Assembly: GCF_009914755.1 (NCBI RefSeq)
Contig: NC_060926.1
Source of the DNA: the human T2T-CHM13v2.0 reference genome, Homo sapiens
Strand: one strand, 5' to 3'
Length of the DNA stretch: 64,000 nucleotides
This document shows positions 45,870-60,156 of the stretch, one piece after another. Each line of letters starts with the position of its first letter. The first letter of the stretch is position 1. The notes below the pieces were generated by a model. The model did not search any database and had not been told where the DNA came from. It saw only the letters and a list, made by a program, of their open reading frames with translations. The translations under genes and the position numbers were made by a program.

Positions 45870-46291
45870 AGATAGAGTTTAGATATTTTTGCCCTTGGAA
45901 TCTCATGTGGAAATTTGATCCCTGATGTTGGAGGTAAGACCTAAAGGGAAGTGCTTGGATCTCTGGGCTGATCCTTTATGAATGGCTTGGTGCCATTCTC
46001 ATGGCAATGAGTGAGTTGTCACTCTTACTTCCCAGGAGAACTGTTTGTTAAAAAGAGCCTGGCACCTCCTCCCTCTCTTTCTTGTGCCCTCTCTGGCCAT
46101 GTGATCTTCCCATGCTGGCTCCCCTTCTCTTTCTACCATGAGTGGAGGCAGGCTGAAGTCCTCACCAGAAGCAGATGCTGCCCTCATGTTTCTTGTACAG
46201 CCTGCAGAACTGTGAGCCAAATCAGCCTCTTTTCTTTATAAATTACTGAGCTTCTGATATTTCTTTATAGCAACACAAATGTACAGAGACG
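45870..46291 (+). mobile_element. MSTB-type MaLR solo LTR
   Basis: atctcatgtggaaatttgatccc...ctcaccagaagcagatgctg...cctgcagaactgtgagccaaat...tatagcaacacaaat; TSD gtgtt/gtgtc. Confidence 0.9.
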
Positions 46292-49200
46292 GTGTCCATC
46301 ATAAATCAGCAATATGTACTTAATTCTCAATTTCAAACTTTCTAAGTGATTCTTTCATATAACAAGATAATTAAAATAGTTCTCAGTAAAGGTATGTCAC
46401 TCTGAATTTTAGTCATTGACATTAAAAAAAAAAAAAAAAGGAAAGCTCAGAATCAGGTAAAGAGAAAAAAATTTCCTGTAGACTTCTTCATCTGCCCTTA
46501 AAGTAAAGCCACAGTTGCGTCTGTCCTCTCACCTGGCAGCCTATGGGCAATTCAAAGTTATTTTCCCTGTAAGAGATTTGTCACACTGATGCTTTGAAGA
46601 GATAGAAAAGGGAATGATTGTCTTATTGCTGCTGCCCCTCAAACATCTTGATTTTTGCTTTAGTGGTTTCAATGTAACTGAAATACCTCCCAACAGGCAC
46701 TGAAGTGATCTTCACTTCAGCAAGTCAAGATTCCTTGCTTTGCAGCATGCTATTTTGTTCTGCCCCAGAGGAAGTCAAGGTCAGGCCAGGTTGTTGGAAT
46801 GTTTTGTTTCTGCCAGGACTTCTATTGCTATAGAAATGAAACAGATTTAGCCCCAAATTTGAGCATTTCATAATAATTTAAACTGCTGTTTAGTGATCTG
46901 ACACTTAAAGGAATTACTTCTTGATATTTGGTAATAGAAATATTCATTTGTGGGGAAAAATGTACTAAAGCTTAATTTAAAAGTAGGAGATACTGGCAAG
47001 GTAATGCGCAATACAATCACTTCACATATCTTCCATGGGATTTTTTGGTGTGTATGTCGTGCGTACTTCAATCTAATTGAACTTCTGATGGTTTTTATTT
47101 TAGCCATTTAGAACATTGTTCTCTTAGAACAAATTAAAGACATACAGTTTGCTCCTACAGAGCCCTCAAACCCAGAAATATTTTTGCTCCAAGAAATGCA
47201 CACAGGCACACACATTTACATATATATAGCTAATTATAAAAATGTCCTATTTTGACATTTCTCATTTAAAGCCATAATTGGGACTGAAATAAATTGTATA
47301 TTTTGTCTTGAGTATGCACCAGACTCTGGATAAAAGAATCATTTCTAGCATCTGAAATGTTGCCATTTTCGTACACCTTCCCCAAGTCAACCTTATGGTT
47401 CTTCCTTCCCTTCCTTCTGCCATCTCCTTTCAGGTGGATGGCTGTCTATTGACTCAGCCCCTGTTGAGGGTAGGGAGCAAAAACTAAAACTGTAAACAAA
47501 GATTTCTGTCCTGTTACCTAAATATAATTATTCCCCACCAAAAGAAAAAAGAATGCAAGAGATAAATGCATCTAATTTTACGGATTTCATTTTATAAATT
47601 CAACTTAGCACTGTAATCCAATAAAAGTCCTACCACGTTGAGTTTTTACCACTAAAACTTTTATATGCATTTAAAAAAACTATAAGAAAGCCAATTAGAG
47701 TCAAAGTAATGCATATTTATTTTTATTTTAATAACCATTTATTAACTCTTGGAAGTATATTTTTCTTATAGTTTACATGATGACTTGGTTGGTGGTATCA
47801 GTGAAACTGTACAGCTTTATTTTACCATTTTATTTTTAATGCACTTTTTAAATGACCATCCTTTAACAAATACACTTTCTAAGAATAAATCTGTTTGGGG
47901 AAATAGTTTGTGAATTTATTATATCCTTTATTCTGTATAGATTTACTAATACTTTATTTTATTTTGAAGAAATTGAGACACCTTCTGGGAATTATTCTTA
48001 GTAAGTTCAAAATTTTAAGAAGAAAATTCATCCAGGAAAAAATATGCAAAATCTAATATTACCATCATGTGGAGATTTGAGAAGGGTACATTCCTAGAAT
48101 CAAAATTTTTATCTCCTACTAATCCTATCAAGAACCAAACCTTAAATTATCTGCTGAAAGGATTATCTCATAATATATTTAAAATTCTCCTGGCACCTGT
48201 AGAAACTAAGATGCTAGGATTTTTTGCTCTCTGTGGTAAGAGATAAATATGGTAAATAGCAAGAAAACTTTAATTCTAGTTGAATATGAGAATAACCAGA
48301 GAAGTTTTTAAAAATAGCATTCCCAGAGTCTGGTATAGGTCCATGCTACCTTCTTTCTTTGAAGCTTTCCAGAAAATTATAGTTTGAGGCCAAGGTTGGA
48401 AGAGAGAGTCAAAATGCCAAGGATCATGAGGTTATTGTTACTTCCCCTTTGATGATGTTTCATCCTTCTATGATACAGAAGAATAGTGAAGTACATCTCC
48501 ACTTCTTTCAGAATACTTGTTGAAAAAATAATATGAAGAAAATAAAGAGAGAAACAAAGAGAATGGAGAGAAGCAGTTAAGCAAGTGTATTGTGTTCTCC
48601 TTTCCCCAGGCATTGACCCGTAGAAGGGGAGACGCATTACAAAGATACAAAGAAAGTAGGGATTCTGGACAGAAAGTGTCTTTTGGGCAACTTTCTCCAC
48701 ACCAATTTGTAACTCAGCCAATATCAATCTCAATTTGACAGCAGAATGTGTTATGCAACAAGTTTGTTGGTTGGCCTTCCCAGATTGCTGTGTTTAAATT
48801 TTCCATTAATGTTGCCAAGAGTTTCTCTTTTATTCTCTTTAGAGGACTAGTAAGATAACTGATTTGAGACCTGGTAATCCTGCTATGGACAACAAAGAAA
48901 TGCAGGTAGATTATGTGAGCCAAAGAGTAGGACTGAGGGCACAACTAGACTCAGAGATGTCTATTTTACCAGGGAGAACTACCACAAAGCTCGGTTTGAG
49001 TCACCTGAAGGTTACTGAGTCTTCAATCAAAGTTGTAAAAATATACAATGGGCTATACTAGCTTCCGACTTCAATAATGGAGGCAGCAATATGATATGTG
49101 ATTAGAGGAATCAGGTATTTTATATAGAAAGCGTAAGGATTTTGGTTGTCAAAAGGACTTATAAGCCATCTCCTGGACCTCGGCATGCCCTCAAACAAAG

Positions 49201-50047
49201 AATATTTGGAAGGAGCAAGGATCATAAATAAGAAATTGAAGATACTTAGCAGTTATCTCAAAAAACTTGTCAGTAAATTATGTATTTAAAATATGTTGGA
49301 ATACTATTCATTTTCTACAACTCAGTGGAGGATGGCTCAGGTAAACATGAAGGTAATTTATTTAAAAAATAAGAAAGCAAAAATGTATTTTCACATTTGT
49401 GATGTATAGAAATTTTTCACCCAATATGGTTACATATTTTACCAATGAGCCCTATTATTATTGTTGATAATAAAAATATTTGTTTTTTTATTCTTTAAGC
49501 TATGACAATCACCAGACCATACCCGAATTTTCAGAAATTTTCAAATTATATCAAATTTGATCATGAATAAAGTCTATGGAATGGTTCATTTATTATGCTT
49601 ACCTATCATAATATTTACCTATATTTAAGAATAAGATGAACTACACTTAGAAGTCATCAACTAGTGTCTTAAACATAACTCACTCACAATAACCTGGATA
49701 ACTTATGATAACAAATTATGTCTATACTACTACAAACAAAATGATGCCTCACGGAGTACTAGAAACAAAGAAAACAAGATATATTTGTGTGTGTTGTGTG
49801 TGTGAGAGAGAGAGAGAAAGAGGAAAATAATCTACATTCTTTATTAATGAATACAAATATTTGCAATCTTGGTAATTTGAGGTTGAAAATACTATAAATA
49901 ATTGATATCTCCATGAGCATCTTTGACAAATGAGAGTTCTGACAGTCTTTAACTCACTTAAATTATGTAAAATAGACTTCTTTATTATGGTCACACTGTA
50001 GGAAAGGAGAACATAGTGAAGTTTTCAACCTCATTTCCAATAAACAT

Positions 50048-50996
50048 TTCTTTCTTTTTTCTTTTTTGATTTTTAAACTTTTATTGTATCACTCTTATCA
50101 AACACACATCAGAAAGCATACCAACCGTGCACCTATGGTAAATCAATTTACAACAAACTGAACAAGGCAATTGTGTTTACAGAAAAAGTCTTCAGCAAAC
50201 AAGTATGCAATAGAGTCAACTGAAACACATTGTTCATACTTTTTAGGAATATAGGAAGGTGAAAAATCTTTTGCTGTTCGGCAGGAAAAAGAGTCTAAAA
50301 GATTTGAATGGAAATCAGAAATTTAGGGATTTGAGAAAATAATTTTTTGGTACTGACACACATCTACATATATAGCCCCATTTAGTTTTTGTTTTGTTTT
50401 TGTTTTAAACAAAACCTCACAAACAATGAGACATTGCAAAGAATACAGAACCATAGTGCCAAGAAATGCCAAGATGAATGTGCTACTGAAACATCTGGTA
50501 GAAATGTTACAGACAACTATTCACTATGTATTGTAACATTCTTGTGGTTCTGAGGTGAAGGTAAATCAACAGGAGAGATTACTGCTTGTAACTGGCTTTG
50601 GTTTAAGCGATTTTTCACATTTTTTTCTAAGCATACCTTCTTATCAAAAATGTAGCAATTACATGTTACTGAGGGAAAATAGTACTAGGTTTTAATATTT
50701 GCAACCAACTACTTCAGCTGACACAGGATGCCATCAACTGTTAAAATTTATTGATCATAGTTAGATTTTCTAAGAGTGATCGACAGATAGCAAAGATGGA
50801 GCCCTTTTGGGAAAAAATAAAATCCCTTCTACCCCAGATTTGTCACTGTTAAGAGGTTATAAAGGAATGTTAAATTATTTAAGATATTTCAAAAAAAATT
50901 AAGAATGGAAGAGTAAGTTATGCTGGAAAAGATATGACAGCTTTACCCTAAGCAAAGTAAATCATCTACAGAGATGCAGCTTAGCTTTTTTTATTA
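50048..50996 (-). pseudogene. Putative retroposed mRNA 3'UTR fragment (processed-pseudogene-like), parent not identified
   Basis: Decayed poly(A) on minus (50048-50067), AATAAA on minus at 50080-50085, direct repeat caataaacat at 50038-50047 and 50997-51006; interior matches no TE I recognise. Confidence 0.62.
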
Positions 50997-51272
50997 CAAT
51001 AAACATACTTCCATAAGGTGCTGTAACTGTGCAGCTAGTTCTTTTCTTTGTACAAAATTATTTTTACTGAATGTTTCACTCATCTATGCTTTTTCAAGCT
51101 TCTATTGTTAAGACACATTTTTAAAAAAAAAATTAGACTTGGGAGAAGTTATAATATAGGCAAACACAAGTTATTGTGTAACCTAGTATCATCAATTCTT
51201 CATTTATTGAAATTCTTTTGTGTCTTAGTAATCAATTATTCTGTGGACAGACAACTTTTTTTTGAGATCTCA

Positions 51273-51586
51273 TGTTTCTTAGTCTGTTGTGTGCTGCTGT
51301 AACAGATTACATTGAGACTGAGTATTTGTTTGGATAGAAATTTATTGGCTGACATGTCTGGAAGCAGGGAAGTTCAAGATTAAGGAGACAACATCTCCTG
51401 AAGTCCTTCTTGCTGTGTCATCCCATGGTGGAAGGCAGAAGGGCAAGACAGAGCAAGAGGGTGCCCAATTCACTCTTTTATAACAACACCAATACCACCT
51501 ATGAAGGCAGAAGCCCTCATGGCCTTATCATCTCTTAAAGGTCTCATCTTTAAATATTGTTAAAATGACAATTAAATTTCATAAGA
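51273..51586 (-). mobile_element. MSTC/MSTD-type MaLR LTR cut by an L1 insertion
   Basis: tcttagtctgttgtgtgctgctgtaacag...ttcttgctgtgtcatcccatggtggaaggcagaagggcaag...caattaaatttc; a possible remainder (gggacatacttaaat) lies near 58845. Confidence 0.78.
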
Positions 51587-54500
51587 ATATGATGAATTCA
51601 GAATATGGAAAAGAATGAAGATCATCGACATTCAGGAGATAGTTGAAACCCAATCCAAGAATTCTAAGCAATAAAATAAAATGATACAGTAGATTATAGG
51701 TGGAATGTCTATTTTAAGAAAGAATCAAAACGAGCTGATAGAGCTGAAAAACTCACTTCAAGGACTTCAGAATACCATCCCAAGTATTAACAGCAGAATC
51801 CACCCAGCTGAGGAAGGAATCTCAGAGCTTGAAGGCCTACTCCCCGAATTAACTCAGTCAGACAAAAATAAAGAGAAAAGAATAAAGGGGAATGAATGAC
51901 ACTTCTGAGAAATATGTGATTATGTGAAGAAACCAAGTCTGTCACTCACTGGCGTCCCTGAAAGACAGGTAGAGAAAACAAGCAACTTGGAAAACGTACT
52001 TCAGAATATCATCCATGAAAATTTTCCCAAACTTACTTAGATTTGAATCAACATTCAAATTATGGAAATGCAGAGAACAAGATACTACGTGAGAAAACAA
52101 TCTGCAAGACACATAGTCATCAGATTCTCCAAGGTTAAAATGAAAGAAATACTATAATACTAAAGGCAGCTAGAGAAACATGGCAGTTCACTTATAATGG
52201 AAGCCCCATTAGGCTAATAGCAAAATTGTCAGCAGAAACCTTAGAAGCTAGCAGAGATTAGGGGTCTATATTCAGCATTCTTAAAGAAAAGAATTACTAA
52301 GAGTTTTTTTTTCTTTATTAGTCTAGCTAGCCAAGCCAAGCTTCATAAACAAAGGAGGAATAAGATACTTTTCAGACAAGCAAATGCTAAGGAATTTCAT
52401 AATGACCAAATAACTACCAGAACTGCCTTACAGGAGGTCCTTAAGGGAGTGCTAAACATACAGGAAACACTATTATTAGCCACTACAAAAACACACTTAA
52501 GTACATAGAACAGTAACCCTGCAAAGTAAACATGTAAACAAGTCTATATAATAACATCTGACAATATCATGGCAGGAACAAATCTTCACATATCAATACT
52601 ACCCTTGAATGTAAATAGGTTAAATGCCCCAATTAAAAGGCACAAAATTGTAAGTTGGATAAAAAGCAAGACCCAGTGGTATGCTGGTTTCAAGAGATCC
52701 ATCTCACGTGCACTGACACACATACACTCAAAGGAAAAGGAGTGGAGAAAAATGTACCAAGCAAAGAGAAAACAGAAAAAAGCAGGGGTTCCTATTATAA
52801 TTTCAGACAAAACAGACATTAAAACAACAAATATCAAAAAAAGACAAAGAAGGATATTATATAATGGTATAGAGCTCATATCAACAAGATGATTACAAGA
52901 AGATCTAACTATGCTAAATATGTCCACATGCAACACGGGAGCACCCAGATTCATAAAGCAAGTTCCTAAAGACTTATGAAGAAAGAGACTTCAATAACCG
53001 TAACATAATACTGGAAGAATTCAATACCCCACTGACAATATTTGACAGATCATTGAGGTACAAAACTAACAAAGATATTCAGGACTTGAACATAACATTT
53101 CACCAAATGGACCCAACAGATATCTATAGAGCACTCTACCCCAAACAACATTATATACATTCTTCTCATTTTCACATGGCACATACTCACGATCATATAA
53201 AACAATGCTCAGCAAATTAAAAAATAATAATAAATTGAACCACATTCTTACAAAATAGTGAAATAAAAATAGAAATCAATACTAAGAAACTTGCTCAAAA
53301 CCATATAGTTACATGGAAATTAAACAGCCTGCTCCTGATTGACTTTGGGTAAATAATGAAATGAAGGCAGAAATCAAGAAATTACTTGAAACTAATGAGA
53401 AGATGCAACATACCAGAATCTCTGGGACAGAGATAAGGCAGTGTTAAGAGGGAGGTTTATAGCACTAAATATCCACATTAAAAAACTAGAGAGATCTCAA
53501 ATTAGCAACCTAATGTCACAACTAAAGGAACTAGAGGATCAAGAGCAAATCAACCACAAAGCTAGCAGAAGAAAAGAAATAACTGAAATCAGAGCTGGAT
53601 TGAAAGAAATTGAGATATAAATAGCCACATAAAAGATCAACAAATCCACAATTTGGTTTTTGGAAAGAATAAATAAGATAGATCACTAGCTAGACTAACA
53701 AAGAAAAACAGAGAGAAGATCTCAAATAACACAACCAGAAATAAAAACAAAGTATATTACTACTGACCCCACAGAAATACAAAAAGATCTTCAGAGGCTA
53801 CTATAAACATCTGTGTCCACACAAGCCAAAAGAAATGGATAAATGCCTAAACACATACAACCATCCAAGATTGAACCAGGACAAAATTGAATCCCTGAAC
53901 TGATCAATAATGGATTCTGAAAGTAAATCAATAATAAAACGTGTACCAGCCAGAAAAAAACCAGGACCAGACATATTCAAAGCCACATTCTATGAGACAT
54001 ATAAAGAAGAGCTGGTACCACTCCTACTGAAATTATTACAAAAGAATGAGGAGGAGAGATTCCTCCCTAACTCTTCTATGAGGCCAGCATCATCTTGATA
54101 TCAAAACCTGGCAGAGACACACACACAAAAAAGAAAATGTCAAGCCAATATCCTTGATAAAATAGTTGCAAAAATCCTCATCTATGCAAAATCCTTTTGA
54201 ATAGATGCAAAAATAAGAGCTCCAAACCCAACAGCACATCAAAAAGCTAATCCACCACAATCAATTAGGATTTTTCCCTGGGATGCAAGGTTGGTTCAAC
54301 AAATGTAAGTCAATAAATATGATTGACTATATAAATAGAACCAAAACTAAAAAAACACATGATCATCTCAATAGATGAAGAAAAGGCATTTGATAAAATT
54401 CAACACCCCTTCGCATTAAAAACCCTCAACAAACCAGGAATTGAAGGAACATATTTCAAAATAATAAGGGCTCTCTATCAAAAACCCACAGTGAACATCA

Positions 54501-57500
54501 TACCAAATAGGCAAATGCTGGAAACATTCCCATTGAAATCTGGAAGAAGACAAGGATGCACTCACTCACCACTCCTATTTCACATAGTACTAGAGGTATT
54601 TTACTAGCCAGAGCATTCAGGCCAGAGAAAGAAACAAAAGGCATCTGGATAGCAAAAGAGAAAGTCAAACTATCCTTGTATGCAGCCAATATGATGTTAT
54701 ACCTAGAAAACTCCATAGTCTCTGCCCCAGAGCTCCTAGATCTGATAAACAACTTCAGCAGTTTCAGGATAAAAACTCAACATACAAAAATCAATAGCAT
54801 TTCTATACATCAGCATACAAGCTGAGAGCCAAATCATGAACACAACACAGTTCACAATAGCTACAAAAGGTATAAAATACCTAGGAATATAGGTAACCAG
54901 GGAGGTGAAAGATCTTTACAATGAGAATTACAAAACCCTCCTCAAAGAAGTCAAAGATGACACAAATGGAAAAATATTTCATTCTCATGGGTAGGAAGAA
55001 TTGATGTTGTTAAAATTGCCATACTTTCCAAAGCAACTTACAGATTTAGTGCAATTCCTACCAAACTACCAATGATAGTCTTCATAGAATTAGAAAAAAA
55101 ACTACTATAAAATTCATATGGAGCCAAACAAGAGCCCAAATAGCCAAGGCAACCCTACTTAAAAAAAAAATCAAAGCTGGAGACATCACATTACCCCTTT
55201 TTAAACTACACTGTAAAACTATGGTAACCAGAGCACCATGGTACTGATACAAAAACAGAACCATAGACCAATGGAACAGAATAGAGAACCCAGAAATAAT
55301 GCTGCACATGTACAATCAATCTTCTTTATACTGTATACAAAAATTAACTCAAGATGTATTAAAGACTTAAATGTATAACCTAAAGACATAAAAACCCTGG
55401 AAGATAACCAAGGAAATAAATATAATTCTGTACATAGGCCCTGGCAAAGTTTTCATGATAAAGACCCCAAAAGCAAGTGTAACTGAACCAAAAATTGACA
55501 AATGGGATCTAATTAAATGAAAGAGCTTTGTACAGCAAAAGAAATTGTCAACAAAGAAACAGACAACCTGCAGAATAGAAGAAAACACTTGCAAACTATG
55601 CATCTGAAAACAGTCTAATATCCAGAATCTGTAAGGGAGTTAAACAAATTTATAAGAACAAAAGCAAACAACCCCATTAAAAAGTAGGCAAAAGACACGA
55701 ACAGACACTTTGCAAAAGAAGATATACACATGGCCACCAAGCATATAAAAAATGAACATCACTAATCATTAGACAAATGCAAATGAAAACCACAGTGAGA
55801 TATAATTTCACATTAGTCAGAAAGGCTAAAAATCAAAAAAACGACAGGCTCTAGCAAGGTTGCTGAAAAAAGGGAACACTTATACACTGCTCGTATGAAG
55901 GTAAACTAGTTCAACCACCGTGGAAAACAGCTTGGTGATTTCTCAAAGAACTGAAAGCAGAATTAACCTTTGACCCAACATTTTCACTATTGGGTATACA
56001 CTCAAAGGAATATAAACCTTCTACTATAAACGACACACATGCTTATGTTCATCACAGCACTATTCACAATAGCAAAGACAGGAAATCAAGCTAAATGCTC
56101 ATCAAAAGTAGAGTGGATTAAAAAAATGTGGTACATTTACACCATGGAATCCTACACAACCACATAGAAGGATGAGATCATGGTGTTTGCAGCAACATGG
56201 ACAGAGCTGGAGGCCATGTATTAGTCTGCTTTCGTGCTGCTGATAAAGACGTACCTGAGACTGGGAAGAAAAAGAGGTTTATTTGGACTTATAGTTCTGT
56301 ACGTTCTGAGGAGGTCTCAGAATCATGGCTGGAGGTGAAAGGTGCTACTTACATGGCGGCAGCAAGAGAAAATGAGGAGGAACCAAAGTGGAAAACCCCA
56401 GTAAACCCATCAGATCTTGTGAGACTTACGCACTTTCACAAGAACAGCACAGGAAAGACCGGGCCCCATGATTTAATTACCTCCCCAAGGATCCCTCCCA
56501 CAACATGTGGGAATTCTGAGAGATACAATTTAAGTTGAGATTTGGGTGGGACACAGCCAAATCATATCATTCCAACCGTGGCCTCTCCAAATCTCATGTC
56601 CTCACATTTAAAAACCAATCATGCCTTTCCAACAGTCTCCTGAAGTCTCAATTCATTTTAGAATTATGCCAGAAGTCCACAGTCCAAAGTCTCAACTGAG
56701 ACAAGGCAAATGCCTTCCATCTATGAGCCTGTAAAACCAAAAGCAAGCTAGTTTCTTCCTAGATACAATGGAGGTACAGTTATTGGGTAAATACAGCCAT
56801 TCCAAATGGGAGAAATTGGCCAAAACAAAGGAGTTACAAGGCCCGTGCAAATCTTAAATCCAGCTGGACAGTAAAATCTTAAAGCTCCAAAATGATCTCC
56901 TTTGACTCCAGGTCTCACATCCAGGTCACGCTGATGCAAAAGGTTGGTTACCATGGTCTTGCGCAGCTCGGCCCCTGTGGCTTTGTTGGGTACAGCCTCC
57001 CTCCCAGCTGCTTTCACAGGCTGGCATTGGAGTGTCTGTGGCTTTTCCAGGCACACAGTGCAAGTTGTCAGTGATCTGCCATTCTGGGATCTGGAGGATG
57101 GTGGCCCTCCTCTCACAGCTCCACTAGGCGGTGCCCCAGTAGGGACACCGTGTGGGGGCTCCAATCCCACATTCCCTTTCTGCACTGCCCTAGCAGAGGT
57201 TCTCCATGAGGGCCCTGCCCCTGTGGCAAACTTTTGTCTGGGCATCCAGGCATTTCCATACATCTTCTGAAATCTAGGCAGAGGTGCCCAAACCTCAATT
57301 CTTGACTTCTGTGCACCTGCAGGCTCAACACCATGTGAAAGCTGCCAAGGCTTGCGCTTGCACCCTCCAAAGCCACAGCCCAAGCTGTATGTTGGCCCCT
57401 TTCAGCCATGGCTGGAGCAGCTGGGACACAGGTCACCAAGTCCCTAGGCTGCACACAGCGTGGGGGCCTGGGGCCTGGCCCACAAAACCACTTTTTCCTC

Positions 57501-58790
57501 CTAGGCCTCCAGGCCTGTGATGAGAGGGGCTGCCATGAGGGTCTCTGACATGGCCTGGAGATATTTTCCCCATGGTTTTTGGGATTAACATCAGGTTCTT
57601 TGCTACTTAAACAAATTTCTGCAGAAAGCTTGAATTTCTCCCCAGAAAACGAGATTTTCCTTCCTATCATATAGTCAGGCTGCAAATTTTCCAAACTTAT
57701 ATTCTCTGCTTCCCTTATAAAACTTAATGCCTTTAACAGCATCCAAATCACCTCTTAAATGCTTTGCTGGTTACAAATTTCTTCTGCCACATACTCTAAA
57801 TCATCTCTCTCAAGTTCAAAGTTCCACAAATCTCCAGGGCAGGGGCAAAATGCCACCAGTCTGTTTGCTAAAACATAACAAGAGTCATCTTTGCTCCAGT
57901 TCACAATGGGTTCCTCGTCTCCATCTGAGATTACCTCAGGCTAGACCTTATTGTACATATTGCTATCAGCATTTTGGGCCAAGTCATTCAACAAGCCTCA
58001 AGGAAGTTCCAAACTTTCCCACATTTTCCTGTCTTCTTCTGAGCACTCCAAACTTTTCCAAATGCCTATTACCCAATTTCAAAGTTGCTTCAACATTTTC
58101 AGGTATCTTTTCAACAAACCCCACTCTTGACACCAATTTACTGTATTAGTCCTTTTTCACACTGTTGATAAAGATGTAATTGATACTGGGAAGGAAAAGA
58201 GGTTTAGTTGGACTTACAGTTCCAAATAGCTGGTGAGGTCTTGGAATCATGGTTGGAGGTGAAATGCACTTCTTACATGGTGGTAGCAAGAGAAAACGAG
58301 GAGGAAGCAAAAGCAGAAACCCCTGATAAACCCATCAGATCTTGTGAGACTTATTCACTATCACAAGAACAGCACAGGAAAGACTGGCCCCCATGATTCA
58401 ATTACCTCCCCCTTGGTCCCTCCCACAATACATGGGAATTCTGGGAGATACAATTCAAGTTGGGATTTGGGTGGGGACACAGCCAAACCATATCAGGCCA
58501 CTATCTTAAGTGAGTTAACACAGGAACAGAAAACCAAATACCACATGAAGTCACTTATAAGTGGGAGCTAAACATTGAGTATATATGGACACAAAGAGGG
58601 AAAAAACAGACACCAGGGCCTACTTGAGAGTGGAGGTTGGGAGTACGGTAACGGTTGAAGAACTACCTATTGGGTACTATGCTTATTACCTGGGTTACAA
58701 AACAATCTCAATAAGAAACCTCCTCTACATGCAATTTACCTATATTACAGAACTGTACATGTAACCCTGAACCTAAAATAAAAATTTTTA
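51587..58790 (+). mobile_element. L1PA15/16-like LINE (ORF1 part, ORF2, 3'UTR), degenerate, interrupted by THE1A
   Basis: ORF1 remnant (KNQNELIELKNSLQ), ORF2 endonuclease start (MAGTNLHISILPLNVNRLNAPIKRH), RT remnant ([18 protein letters not shown]), 3' end gggtactatgcttattacctggg...cctgaacctaaaataaaa. Confidence 0.93.
56217..58495 (-). mobile_element. Complete THE1A MaLR provirus (LTR-int-LTR)
   Basis: LTRs 56217-56569 and 58142-58495 (tgtattagtc...catatca), ~1.57-kb THE1 internal region, perfect 5-bp TSD ggcca at 56212-56216 and 58496-58500. Confidence 0.95.
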
Positions 58791-60156
58791 ATGAAAATTT
58801 AGAAAATTTTACTATGTAAAAATAATTCTGCATAGAATTTACTTTGGGACATACTTAAATATGATTATTTAATTATGATAATAAGCACATGAAAGTAATT
58901 ATAAAATTTTCTCCGAGAAGTAAAGCAGAATTTCAAGTGAAGTTATCCATGAATTTTTCCTAACCTCCACCTCAAATTCTACCACTCATTTCCATTCTCT
59001 TCCTAGGTTTTGAAAATCAAATGTGTAAGAGATGTAATATATGTGTGGCTATTGAAAAGCACATGCAGAAACCATTTTCAGGATATGGTATGCTGTGCCC
59101 TTGGCTCCACTAAAGCATCCACCTTGTTATTTAGATCCCTTGCTCAATTTGGTTCTCTGATCTCTCTGTTGGTATGTATTCTAAGCATAGGCATCTCATC
59201 CCAAAGTGATGGATACAAACTTTGAAGAATTTTACCTGAATCTACACTGCAGTGCCATAAAGTTTAAACATCAGTATGTCAGAATCATGGAGTCCAGAAC
59301 TACTCCTCAGTTCTAAATGCTGCCTAGAAAAAGAGAACAGAGTTTCAGGCACTGGAAACTCAGGGATTTTGCTGTTTTTATTGTTGTTGTTTTACTTATT
59401 GGAGGCATAAAAAAGAAGAAAAAATGGTAGAAAAGTTAGAACATGAGAGGGGAAGAGAATACCTATCCTCTGCTTTTCTTAGTAAATCAAATTGCTGTTA
59501 TACACTGATTTTGTTCAAAGACTAAATTTTAAAGCTATTTACATTTCATGAATTGCTATTTTTCACTTTTTATAAAAAGTGTTTGTGTGTATGTGTGTAT
59601 AATAAGTTTGTGATCTGAAAAAAAAACGTTTATTTTACCCTAAAAACAAAACTTTTTTCTGTTCTGTGTATGTGTGCATATTTTAGATAGACATCATTTT
59701 GCCCTCCACATTATTCACTCCAACATTGTCAACAGCATGTACTTTAGTTTTTGCAAAATTTGTTTAATAATCATGTTAATGGATTCACAATTTCTCTTCA
59801 TGTATTTTTTTTTCTTTTTACTTAAACATTTCCCATTGTTTGATTTGAGTTTCTTTCAGTATTTAAATTTTGGGATACTGATACTTTCTTCAGACTTAAT
59901 TTTTTAACCTTGTTTTAAGGATCTGAAAATGAATATGAAATAGAGAAATTATGTTAATTTTTCTTTGTTTTATAAAATGTACGATAATCTAATTGAGACC
60001 TGATGTACTAATTTTCTAGAAAGCAATTTTCAAAATGGTCACACATGTCAGAACTTCTATAAGCAATTTTATTTTTATTATTGTCAAAATAAATATATTT
60101 AAGTGCCATGAATCATTTGATTGGAAATTTAATTACTAGTATAAAAATAACACTTG

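Noticed and set aside
46423-46440. Isolated A17 run as the tail of another retrocopy
   Set aside because: No nearby poly(A) signal at a suitable distance and no flanking TSD found.
51705-54825. L1 ORF1/ORF2-like peptides as an active retroelement
   Set aside because: Fragmented by many stops, frameshifts and deletions, and no 5'UTR; a dead copy.
56748-57751. Overlapping 211- and 212-aa minus-strand ORFs
   Set aside because: Lie within the THE1A internal region; remnants of the MaLR internal frame, not host genes.
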